A stretch of DNA of 64,000 bases, from NCBI GenBank assembly GCA_044356375.1, contig JBIKWK010000005.1:27820-91819 (forward strand). Direction: 5' to 3'. A model generated the notes under the pieces. That model ran no database searches. It saw only the letters and a list, made by a program, of their open reading frames with translations, and was not told where the DNA came from. Position 1 is the stretch's first letter. The number at the start of each line of letters is the position of its first letter. Made by a program: the position numbers and the translations under genes. The stretch comes from Prochlorococcaceae cyanobacterium. Its GTDB lineage: Bacteria; Cyanobacteriota; Cyanobacteriia; PCC-6307; Cyanobiaceae. This document shows positions 9,494-18,492 of this stretch, piece by piece.

Positions 9494-11968
9494 ATGCGGG
9501 TCTCGCTCCAGTGGCTGAAGGAGCTGGTCTCCGCCGAGCCCGAGGCCTTTGCCATAGACAATCTGGCCGAGCGGCTGTCGATCGCCGGTTTTGAAGTCGA
9601 CGGCATCGACAACCTGGCCGCCCGCGCCGCCGGAGTGGTGGTGGGCTATGTGCAGGCTCGAGAACCCCATCCCAATGCGGACAAGCTGAGCGTCTGCCAG
9701 GTGGTGGTGGCCGAGGCTGAATCGCTGCAGACCCAAACCCTGCAGATCGTCTGTGGGGCGGCCAATGTGCGCGCCGGCATCCACGTGCCGGTCGCCCTGG
9801 TGGGCGCCACCCTGCCGGCGGTGGAACTCACGATCAAACCGTCTGAGCTGCGGGGGGTGGCCAGCAGCGGCATGATCTGCTCCCTCGGCGAACTCGGCCT
9901 GCCGAGCCAGGGAGAGGGCATCGCCATCCTCGAGGAGCTGTTGGAGTCGGTGCCGGCTGTCGGCAGCCCCGTGGGCCCCCTGTTCGGTCTCGATGACCAG
10001 GTGTTGGAGTTGGCGATCACCGCCAACCGCCCCGATGGCCTTTCCATGCAGGGCATTGCCCGCGAGGTGGCGGCCCTGGTGGGCGGCAGCACCCATTGGC
10101 CTGCGGTGGAGGTCGCCGCCGCAAGCCAACCGCTGCCCAGCGATCCGGCCTCCCAGCACTTGATGGACGAGGGGGGGATCTTCAGCATCACCCAACTCAG
10201 CGGTATCCAGGTGGCGCCGTCGCCGGCCTGGCTGCGGCAACGGCTCGAAAAGGCCGGCCTCAGGCCCATCAACAACGTGGTGGACATCACCAATTTGGTG
10301 ATGCTCGAAACCGGCCAGCCGCTGCATGCATACGACCTGGCCAGCCTGGCCAGCCTGGCCGGCGATGAGGCCAAGATCTCCGGTCTGGGCCTGCGGCCAG
10401 CTGTACCGGGCGAGACCATGCTGGGCCTCGATGGCGAGCAGCACCAGCTAACGGGCGACAGCCTGCTGGTTACCTATGCCAAACAGCCGATCTCTCTGGC
10501 CGGTTTGCTGGGCGGAGACGCCACGGCGGTGCGGGACACCACCTCCGCTATTTGGCTGGAGGCGGCGGTTTTTCCCGCCATGGCCGTGCGCCGTTCTGCC
10601 CATGGCGTGGGCCTGCGCACGGAAGCCAGCAGTCGCTTCGAGAAGGGACTGCCCGCCGAAGTTACCCTCACTGCTGCCGATCGGGCGGCGGCACTGTTGC
10701 AGCAGCTGGCGGGGGCAGTGGTGGAGGGCCGCTGGCTGCACCGCCGTGATCAGGAGCCTCGCCAGCCATTGCGGCTGCGCCGGGATGCCCTGCACAACCT
10801 GCTGGGACCGGTGCTGGAGGCTGAGGAGACGATCGATCTGCCCGATGGGCGGATTCGCTCCACCCTGGAGGCGATCGGTTGTGAACTGATTGAGTACGAA
10901 GAGGGCTGGCAGGTCCAGGTGCCGCCTGCGCGGGCCATCGACCTGCAAAGGGAGGTGGATCTGATCGAGGAGGTGGCGCGACTGGTGGGCTACGACCATT
11001 TCGCCTGCCATCTGCCCGATCCGATTGAGCCGGGGGGCCTGGAGCCCGCCCAGCAGCTGGAGCGGCGCCTGCGCCGGGCGCTCACGGCGGCGGGCCTGCA
11101 GGAGTGCTGCAGCCTGTCCCTGGTACCTGCGGCCCCCGGTCGTATTCCCCTGGCCAATCCACTTTTGGCGGATTATGGCTACCTGCGGGATAATCTCACA
11201 GATGAGCTGTTGGCGGCCGCCCGCCGTAATTTGAGAGCTGGCGCCCCTGGCTTCTGGGGCTTTGAGATCGGCAATGTGTTTGGCGAGGCCGACGCTGGTG
11301 CCAGCCGCACCCTGTTGGCTGGGGTGATCTGCGGCGAGCGGCGCTCCGAGCGCTGGAGCAGTAGCGGCAAGCCCCAGCCCCCCGGCTACTTCCAGGCCCG
11401 GGGCCTGTTGCAACAAGCTTTTGCCGCCCTGGCGGTACCCAGTGAAGATCGTCCGCTCAGCGAGCAGCCGCAGCTAAGCGGCCAGCCATTGCTTCATCCC
11501 GGTCGCTCCGCCCAGCTACTGCTGGAGGGTCGTCCGGCCGGTTGGTTTGGCCAATTGCATCCAGAGTGCGCCGAGCAGCTAGACCTGCCGGAAACCACCC
11601 ATGTGTTCGAGCTGGAATTGGCCCCGTTGATCGCCGCCGCCAGCCGGCGCCAACGCTGGCAACCAATATTTGTTCCCTTTGCCACCGTTCCCGCCTCGGA
11701 GCGGGACCTGGCATTTGTGGTGCCGGCCAGCACTTCTACGGCCAGCATGATCAAGGTGATTAGCAAGGCCGGCAAACCATTGTTAGAGCATGCTGAATTG
11801 ATTGACCGCTACAGCGGCTCTCAACTGGCTGAGGGCCAGTGCAGCCAGGCCTATCGACTGCGTTACCGCGATCCGAAACGCACCCTCACCGACGAGGAGA
11901 TTGAAAAAGCCCATCAAAAGATTCGCCTTAACCTGGAGCAACTTCCAGGGGTGCAGCTGCGCAGTTGA
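9494..11968 (+). CDS. pheT: Phenylalanine--tRNA ligase beta subunit
   Basis: 824 aa. MRVSLQWLKELV start, tRNA-binding domain (HPNADKLSVCQV), B3/4 and B5 domains, FDX-ACB C-terminus. Confidence 0.93.
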   Translation: MRVSLQWLKELVSAEPEAFAIDNLAERLSIAGFEVDGIDNLAARAAGVVVGYVQAREPHPNADKLSVCQVVVAEAESLQTQTLQIVCGAANVRAGIHVPVALVGATLPAVELTIKPSELRGVASSGMICSLGELGLPSQGEGIAILEELLESVPAVGSPVGPLFGLDDQVLELAITANRPDGLSMQGIAREVAALVGGSTHWPAVEVAAASQPLPSDPASQHLMDEGGIFSITQLSGIQVAPSPAWLRQRLEKAGLRPINNVVDITNLVMLETGQPLHAYDLASLASLAGDEAKISGLGLRPAVPGETMLGLDGEQHQLTGDSLLVTYAKQPISLAGLLGGDATAVRDTTSAIWLEAAVFPAMAVRRSAHGVGLRTEASSRFEKGLPAEVTLTAADRAAALLQQLAGAVVEGRWLHRRDQEPRQPLRLRRDALHNLLGPVLEAEETIDLPDGRIRSTLEAIGCELIEYEEGWQVQVPPARAIDLQREVDLIEEVARLVGYDHFACHLPDPIEPGGLEPAQQLERRLRRALTAAGLQECCSLSLVPAAPGRIPLANPLLADYGYLRDNLTDELLAAARRNLRAGAPGFWGFEIGNVFGEADAGASRTLLAGVICGERRSERWSSSGKPQPPGYFQARGLLQQAFAALAVPSEDRPLSEQPQLSGQPLLHPGRSAQLLLEGRPAGWFGQLHPECAEQLDLPETTHVFELELAPLIAAASRRQRWQPIFVPFATVPASERDLAFVVPASTSTASMIKVISKAGKPLLEHAELIDRYSGSQLAEGQCSQAYRLRYRDPKRTLTDEEIEKAHQKIRLNLEQLPGVQLRS

Positions 11969-12314
11969 GCGGGGGCTATCCCCAAGCGCCAGCACCAGAA
12001 GTGCGCCAGAGAAGTTAAGCAAGCTCTGCAAAACCCGAGCCACGGCCCATGGAGCGCTGATGCCGCAATGGCACTGAGCTGGCTGGGGCGACGAAATGGC
12101 GGATGCTCAGAGCCTCCTTAAGGGCAGCTCGAAAAATTCCAAATCTCACCGTTCTCATGATACAAGAAGCTTTGTGGCGACTTGCTTGAGCCTGACTCGC
12201 AGGAGCCGAAAGGGCAATTTTTCGAGGTGCCCAAAACAAATTCGGAATGTTATTGAAATTTGGCCATTTATCCCTGGAGTTTATCAACCCTCGTCTACCC
12301 TGACTTGATGATGC

Positions 12315-13790
12315 TCATTCGCTAACAATGCCTGTCGATATCGCCTCCATCTTCTCCTGGGGATGTTGGGCTGGGGATGTATGGCTGGGGGCATCGCCGC
12401 GGAGTTCCAGCACGGTGAATACCTCCACATGGCTGGTGTGAGGGAAGAAGTCAATCGGTTGTACCGATAGCAGCCGGTAGGGGCCGCCGTTTACCAGGGC
12501 CTCCAGATCGCGTGCCAGGCTGGCCGGATCACAGCTCAGATAAGCCAGTCGTTGGGGAGGGCAGGCGCAAATGGCCCCCACCACTTGGGCCTCCAATCCC
12601 CGTCGCGGCGGATCCACAAACAGGGCCGAGGCCATGGGCAGCTGGGCTGCCAACTGCTGGGCCACATCTCCAGCCAAAAATTGACAGCGCTTCGCTTGGC
12701 CGTTGCGGGCTGCATTGGCCTCAGCCAACTTCACCGCCTGGGGATTCAACTCCAGGCCCAACACCCGAAAACCACTGGCGGCCATGGGCAGGCTGTAGGT
12801 GCCGATGCCGCAATAGGCGTCAATCACCGTAACGGGCACTGTTGCGGTCACTGTTGCGGGCGGCTGGGAGCTGGCCAACCCGGCCATCGCCTGCAGCAAC
12901 AGGGGCACCACCCGTTCGGCCTGGGCGGTGAATACCTGGAAAAAAGTATCGCTGGCTATCTGCAACTCAAAGCCGGCAAAATTTTCGTGGAGCCAATTCC
13001 GCCCTGCGATCAGCTCAGTGGTGGGACCCATCAGCAGATTGGTGGGCAGGGGCTGCAGATTCAGGCATACCCCCACCAGTTGGGGCCAGCGTTCCAGCCA
13101 CTGGTTGGCCAGCTCAGCCAGGCCTGGCAGCCGCCCGTGACTGCTGATCAAGGTCAGCAGCAATTCGCCGCTGTTTGCCCCTAGCCGTAGGGCCATATGG
13201 CGCAGGCCGCCGCCAGCCTGGCTATGGCGATCAACCGGCCAGGGGCTGGCTTCCAGGTCGGCCTTGAGCGGTTTGATCAGGGCATCGAGGCGGGGATCCA
13301 GCACCGGACAGTGGTTCATGTTCACGATCCGATGGCTGCCGCGCCCGTAGTAGCCACCCCTCAGGCTCCCGTCCGGGCGGCGCTCCAGGGGGATCACCGC
13401 CCGGTTGCGATAGCCGAGACCACTGGCCGCCTCCAGCAGCGGCAGCACAGGGTGATCCAGCTTGCCAATCCGCGCCAGGGCCTGGTGTACGGATTTGGTT
13501 TTCCACTGGCCCTGGGCCGATGGGCTCAGATGCTGGAGGCTGCAGCCACCACAGCGATCAGCCAGGACGCAGGGTGGTCTGCGGCGCTGGTCACTGGCCA
13601 CAATCAACGATTGCAGTTCAGCCAGCCAATGGCGCCGGGCCCTGTGCAAAAGCCGAACCCGAACCCGTTCTCCAGGCAGGGCTCCAGGCACGAACACCAC
13701 CGCATCGCCCCAGCGACCTATCCCCTGACCTTCATGGCCGAGGTCGGTGATGGCCAGATCGCAGCAAAATCCAACCGAGAGATTGACCAT
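12315..13790 (-). CDS. rlmD: 23S rRNA (uracil-C5)-methyltransferase, RumA/RlmD family (TRAM + Fe-S + SAM methyltransferase)
   Basis: TRAM-like [16 protein letters not shown]...GERVRVRLL, Cys cluster [17 protein letters not shown] motif [13 protein letters not shown], and C-terminal [12 protein letters not shown]. Start at ATG 13790, or alternatively 13850. Confidence 0.85.
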   Translation of the reverse strand: MVNLSVGFCCDLAITDLGHEGQGIGRWGDAVVFVPGALPGERVRVRLLHRARRHWLAELQSLIVASDQRRRPPCVLADRCGGCSLQHLSPSAQGQWKTKSVHQALARIGKLDHPVLPLLEAASGLGYRNRAVIPLERRPDGSLRGGYYGRGSHRIVNMNHCPVLDPRLDALIKPLKADLEASPWPVDRHSQAGGGLRHMALRLGANSGELLLTLISSHGRLPGLAELANQWLERWPQLVGVCLNLQPLPTNLLMGPTTELIAGRNWLHENFAGFELQIASDTFFQVFTAQAERVVPLLLQAMAGLASSQPPATVTATVPVTVIDAYCGIGTYSLPMAASGFRVLGLELNPQAVKLAEANAARNGQAKRCQFLAGDVAQQLAAQLPMASALFVDPPRRGLEAQVVGAICACPPQRLAYLSCDPASLARDLEALVNGGPYRLLSVQPIDFFPHTSHVEVFTVLELRGDAPSHTSPAQHPQEKMEAISTGIVSE

Positions 13791-13929
13791 GGTGACTGCG
13801 CGGCCAGGTGAACTCCGGCGGAAGACGCTCGCTGACGCTAGATCGTGCAAAGGGGCGTTACACCTTTGCCGATCGACCGGGTTTGGCCCCGGGGCTTGGC
13901 TAGTATCTGAAAAGCGTGTGGCCGCTGCG

Positions 13930-14424
13930 ATGAGCGTCGTTCGGGATCTGATTCTCCAGGCCGATGATCAACTCCGGTACCCCTCGGGGGGCGAGCTCCG
14001 CTCGATGGTGGAGTTTCTCAGCGGTGGCAGCCAACGTCTGCAGGTGGTGAGGATCCTCACCGAAAACGAGAAAAAAATTATCGATGAAGCGGCCAAGCAG
14101 TTGTTCGCCCGCAAGCCCGACTACGTGGCTCCCGGCGGCAACGCCTATGGTCAAAAACAACGGGCCCAGTGTCTGCGCGACTACAGCTGGTATTTGCGGC
14201 TGGTGACTTATGGAGTCCTCGCCGGCAGCACTGAACAGATCCAGCAAATTGGCCTGGTGGGTGCCCGTGAGATGTATAACAGCCTCGGCGTGCCGATGCC
14301 CGGCATGGTGGAAGCAATCCGTACGATGAAGGATGCCTCTCTTGCCCTGTTAAACACGGAATTGGCCAAATTGGCTGCTCCTTATTTCGATTATCTGATT
14401 CAGGGAATGCAAACCCCCACCTGA
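13930..14424 (+). CDS. apcD: Allophycocyanin alpha-B subunit
   Basis: [30 protein letters not shown]...[31 protein letters not shown]...[19 protein letters not shown]. This is the phycobiliprotein alpha fold with the conserved chromophore Cys. Confidence 0.9.
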   Translation: MSVVRDLILQADDQLRYPSGGELRSMVEFLSGGSQRLQVVRILTENEKKIIDEAAKQLFARKPDYVAPGGNAYGQKQRAQCLRDYSWYLRLVTYGVLAGSTEQIQQIGLVGAREMYNSLGVPMPGMVEAIRTMKDASLALLNTELAKLAAPYFDYLIQGMQTPT

Positions 14425-14471
14425 TCACAACCTCCATAGTCGCTCCATCAAACTAGACTATCCAGCCAAAA

Positions 14472-14507
14472 CCCGAGCAGATACTACCTGGTTTGCTCGG
14501 GTTTTTT
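14472..14507 (+). terminator. Rho-independent terminator after apcD (possibly bidirectional)
   Basis: CCCGAGCA-N14-TGCTCGGG followed by TTTTTT. The reverse strand also has a short T run (GGGTTTTGG). Confidence 0.8.
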
Positions 14508-14508
14508 A

Positions 14509-14766
14509 TTAGTTAACGGTAAAACCCTTGGCTACTGCTGGGCAGCAGCAATTTTCCCTCCATACCTGGCAAGTTAGAGGGTAAAAGCAAGACACTGCAA
14601 TGGTAATCATGTGACAACAGCTTTGTTTCCGGATTTTTTCGCAGCACCCCTCTAGCAGAGTTGGCATTTCCTCAATCATTAAGCCCAAATGAATATGCCC
14701 TAATGAATAAAATCGCGTCATAGAAAAACCAAATCCAGCTGCGGCTTCAAAAAGTCGACAAAGCAT
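14509..14766 (-). CDS. Hypothetical Cys-rich small protein (85 aa; CC, CC, CCC motifs) with AT-rich codon usage
   Basis: ORF track entry. It ends 2 nt from the apcD terminator hairpin (convergent). Codons are A/T-ending, unlike the host genes. No homolog recognised. Confidence 0.3.
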   Translation of the reverse strand: MLCRLFEAAAGFGFSMTRFYSLGHIHLGLMIEEMPTLLEGCCEKIRKQSCCHMITIAVSCFYPLTCQVWRENCCCPAVAKGFTVN

Positions 14767-17715
14767 TCTCGTACGTCTCGTATTGGACCAGTAGTCGGTC
14801 TACTACTGAGACAATTTTGAGAGAAGCAATTTTGCAGCGCCGGATCCCTGGTCGCCATCGGAGCCAGGGATTAATACCTGGCCAGCCGAACTGACCTAGC
14901 CAGGTGCCCAGCCTGTCTCGCCCGGGTACAGCTCAAGACGCTGGCGCTAGATGCCAAAGCCACCGACCAGGCCGCAGCAGAGTCTCATCAGTATTGACCA
15001 AGACTCGCTGCGATACCAGCACTTCGTCTCACTAGTCTCAGTTCAGATTCGCTACTAGACTCGTATCAAGAATCAGTTGAGACTATTGAGATACCATGTT
15101 TTGACAGCACTGCTGCAGTGGCTGGCACCAGGGAAGCTGTGCCGATGATTTGGGCGGCGGGCCAGCCAGTGTCATTCAGCAGCACGGGCTGCGGAAACGG
15201 CGGTTGTGAGCTTCGCGTCAGGAGCCATTGCTCTTGGGCGCAAGCTTGATCAACTCCAAATGCAGTCCCATCCGTTTGCATCCACCGCCAAATGGCGCCA
15301 CCCCAACAGGAGCAAAACCTATCCCGCTAGTCTCATTCTAGTCCTAATATGGGACCCATCTCAAGTCCAATATTAGACTCGTGAGCCACGTGGCTGCTTC
15401 TCGGCTTCCGGCCCCTTGCCCCCTATGTCAGCGAAATTGTTCCCAGCTCTGCTTTGCTTCCCTGGCTGCCTGGCGAGTACCACCAAGGCCTGTTCCGCCT
15501 ATGGATCAAAATCCTGCTGGCAGCGGGGCAGTGGCCGGAACTGGATAATCACCAAATTCCCTGTTGGCTTACCTGTCTTTGTCACCATTGGCCAGGCTAG
15601 GCCTGGAAGCCAGAGGCTGTTTGAGTGGGCCAAGGGGCTTGCGTACCTGTGGTTACAGCAGGTACGCAGCACTGAAAACCCTTTTGTGCACAGGAGCTGG
15701 TTAGCACTGGCCAATTCTGGACAAGCTGATGGCCACGGGGCCCAGGCCCTTGGCTACGCCAGCTCCTAAACGATGCCTGGAATGGCCCCAGTTAGCCACT
15801 GCTGGCAAATATTGGCCCTAGATTGCATTAGTACAGCTAACAAGGATAATTTCATCAATGAAAAATGGCAAAAGATAGTGACCCTTTTACAGGCGCTTTC
15901 CTATATAAGTGCTGAATATTATTTCTTAGATCTCGGCAATATATCCATGGTTACATGATGATTTACCTCAAAATTGCCTAAGACCTGCCAAGCAAAGGGC
16001 AGATCAAAAAATATGGATTCCGCGCAGGCCGACCAACGAGACCTACTGCAGCAACGTAAGTGGATGAAGTCTAAGGCCACGCCAAGGGCTACTTTTCGAG
16101 CTGTTAAAGAAATACATTTACTGCTGTTTGCTTGGAAAACTTTGGCAATTTTATAGATTTTGTACCTCAATTATAGGATATTTTATCATTTTTAGCTGCT
16201 GCCCTGGCCGTCGATGGCAGGCGGCAGCCTTCAACTACCGCAGCCAGAATCTCCACCAGATACAATCTCTACTGTCTCATCCAAGACCCTAAACAGGACC
16301 CACTCTGGGTCCTGTTTAGGATTCATTAGACCAATTTGTTTCCTCTGGTTCATGTCGCTGTGGGCAAGCCACAACGAATCTGTTTTCAGCTGATCTGACT
16401 CACCCATCGCCAGGAGCGCCGAGCGTGGTCGCGCCTGTCTCATTCTGGACCGGTACCAAGTCTAGAATTGCGTCCAGAATGAGAAAAGCAGGACTGATGC
16501 TAGTCCTTGGGCGAGCCACGCGAGTCCACTGCCTATGCATAACGGGGCTGGCAACTTCGGTCGGTTGCAAAAGATTTAGCGTTTAAGGATGACGAATGAT
16601 TAAAATGCTAGAACGTATAGAGTCTAACTGGCAATAGCCAATAGAAGTGTAATAAGAAGGAATGTGTAAAGTTGCAAAAGTAATATTAATTAACCTAGAT
16701 GCATTATTGGAGGTGGCGGGCTTGGGCCCGGTTGTGTCGCTGCTCAATGCAGCCACAATATGCTCCTGGGGCCAGGCGGGTTGAATGGCAGCGATTAAAA
16801 CCCAGGCAATATTGGGGTGGGGCTGCCCTAGTGCTCTGCGGGTGATGGCCTGGGGATGATAATCGTCTATTCAGAAAATCTAAAATCATCCTGTCAATAG
16901 CTTGCACAAGATGGAGGTCGCACTCCCTTGAATTTGCTTTTCCCCTGGGCTAACTCAGCATGGTTTCAGCATCAGCCAATTGATCGACTATCCATGGTCA
17001 TGGCGGCCCTAGTGCAGGGTGCTGCCAAACCGGCAGGCAATTACCTTTGGCAGCGGTTAAGGTATCCCCACTAAAATTACGACCGCCCCATAGAGAACAA
17101 TACCCCCAGACTGCTGGTGGCCTACGGCCTCTCCGGTTCCGACAAGTCTTCGCCGGTGCGGGCGGGCCTTGCCGGGGCATGCTCAGGCTGGGGATTGGCC
17201 TTTTCCTGCCTGGAAGCTAGCCGCTGTCGGCCCTGGCCGAGGCTGCCTGCCACGGCTGACGGGCCACGAGTGGTGACCTGTATCGCCATCAATGATCTCA
17301 GCCCCAGGCGTAAAAGAAAAGCTGTGAGTTCAAGGATGTACTGGAACTGCCCAATGAAGATGAGGAGTGGAATTGCCTGCGGTGCATCGCTGATCTGGTG
17401 CCTGATCGCGAGCAAATAGCATTAGTGCTGGTGGTGGATCATCGGGAAGAGATTTATAGTCAATGTCACGATGAGCAGAGCCTAGGGAGGTATCTGGCCA
17501 ATCTGCTGCTGACAGCAACTGAGGCAGATAGAGGCTGCCCAGGCTTTGCCATGGAAGGCCAATCACCGGGGCCTGATCAACAGCGGTAATCGAAGATTTC
17601 ATCCAGACAGAAGCGTGCGCCAAACTTCCTCGATGGGCCTTGTAGCTTGAGGCTGGCTATTCAGAAGCAGGATTGACTTGCCTCCTTTAGCTATCTATGC
17701 CAGCGCTGTCGTTGC

Positions 17716-18198
17716 CTAATTACTTGTGCGCATAGCTTTGGGCGCCCCACTGGCGCTGGTTGGCTCGGGTCTGCCGCCGACTTCGTCGGCCCAGCGCTTC
17801 AGTTCATCGAGTCTCTGTACCCCCTCCAGCCGCTGACCCTTCAGCACCCAGGTGGGATAGGCCTGGATCTTGGCTGCGGTGCAACGGTCGCGATCTGCTT
17901 CAGTTTTGTCGCATTCCACGTAGGGCAACTGGCGGCTGCCCTCCTTGCCGAACAGGTTTTTTTGTTGGAAGCAGGCCGGACACCACCAGGCTCCATAAAA
18001 TTGAGCCCCCTGTCGGCGCAGCTGGGCGGCCAGGGCCTCTTGCTCTGGGGTGGATGGGTTGAGCGGTTCTCCCAGGGCCGCCGCAGCGCCTCCTCCATGG
18101 CCCGGGGGGGCAGTGGCGCCCTCCGCCCGCACCCGCTGACCCCCCATGGCGGTGATGGCGGCTGCCAAGAGCAAGCCCAGGGCGGCAATCGGCAGCAT
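17716..18198 (-). CDS. Membrane-anchored thioredoxin-fold protein, VKOR-type Trx domain (CPAC active site)
   Basis: The last 160 codons of ORF 17716..19566 read [20 protein letters not shown] (TM helix) then [21 protein letters not shown]...YVECD...C...IQAYPTWV. This closely resembles the Trx domain fused to cyanobacterial VKOR. An alternative start is the ATG at 18375. Confidence 0.8.
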   Translation of the reverse strand: MLPIAALGLLLAAAITAMGGQRVRAEGATAPPGHGGGAAAALGEPLNPSTPEQEALAAQLRRQGAQFYGAWWCPACFQQKNLFGKEGSRQLPYVECDKTEADRDRCTAAKIQAYPTWVLKGQRLEGVQRLDELKRWADEVGGRPEPTSASGAPKAMRTSN

Positions 18199-18240
18199 CC
18201 CAGGCCAGCCAGCGCCCCCTGGCCCAGGGCTGTTTTGTTT

Positions 18241-18312
18241 GCCAAGGCTGCTTTGATCGCCAAAGCTGGCTTGACGCCTATGGCTGCCTTGAGACCCAAG
18301 GCTGCCTTGACG
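18241..18312. repeat. 18-bp tandem repeat, 4 copies (consensus CCAAGGCTGCCTTGAYGC)
   Basis: Units at 18241, 18259, 18277 and 18295 read directly. The best unit contains the dyad CAAGG-CTG-CCTTG. It lies between the divergent Trx-like and dnaJ-like genes. Confidence 0.85.
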
Positions 18313-18492
18313 CGCACAAATGCCCCAAACGGCGTTGCGAATGGAATTGATGTGGGCGGAACTGCAGTGGGGCATCAGCGGGGATCCCGACTTGGGCAGA
18401 GTAGGGGGGATTCTGGAGGTGGACCGACCCGGGGGCTGTTTTGCCCCAGGCTTGGTTCCCTTTGGGCCACTTCGGCTGAGACACTGGCTTCC

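Noticed and set aside
9455-11416. Two long minus-strand ORFs (329 and 322 aa) inside pheT
   Set aside because: They are antisense to a full-length, motif-bearing pheT. Their composition is dominated by G/A/R/Q/L as expected for the reverse frame. The same reasoning applies to the antisense ORFs inside uvrC (35285..36418), cobN (42596..43723 and others), leuS (26042..27160), mutS2 (21151..22032, 23023..23775) and the cysteine desulfurase gene (29169..29909).
12015-12308. Small ORFs (90 and 70 aa) in the pheT / rlmD convergent spacer
   Set aside because: Their composition is unconvincing and they overlap each other on opposite strands. The 346-bp spacer is somewhat AT-rich and might hold terminators or an sRNA, but I saw no clear structure to report.
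15416-15769. A 117-aa plus-strand ORF in the islet with a lipoprotein-like N-terminus (MSAKLFPALLCFPGC)
   Set aside because: The remainder is W/G/Q-rich with no recognisable fold and mixed codon usage, and it overlaps an equally unconvincing antisense ORF. I kept it only as a possibility within the islet finding.
16694-16795. A Gly-Gly plus Cys-containing peptide (PRCIIGGGGLGPGCVAAQCSHNMLLGPGGLNGSD) reminiscent of a lanthipeptide/prochlorosin core
   Set aside because: The frame opens only 3 codons before the sequence, so there is no start codon, no Nif11- or NHLP-like leader, and no modification enzyme gene nearby.
14425-17715. A tRNA, tmRNA or RNase P RNA as an integration target or resident of the AT-rich islet
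   Set aside because: I scanned by eye for T-loop words (GGTTCGAATCC/GGTTCAAATCC and their complements) and for the RNase P GAAAGTCCGG motif, here and elsewhere in the window. I found none. A tRNAscan or Infernal run would be needed to be sure.
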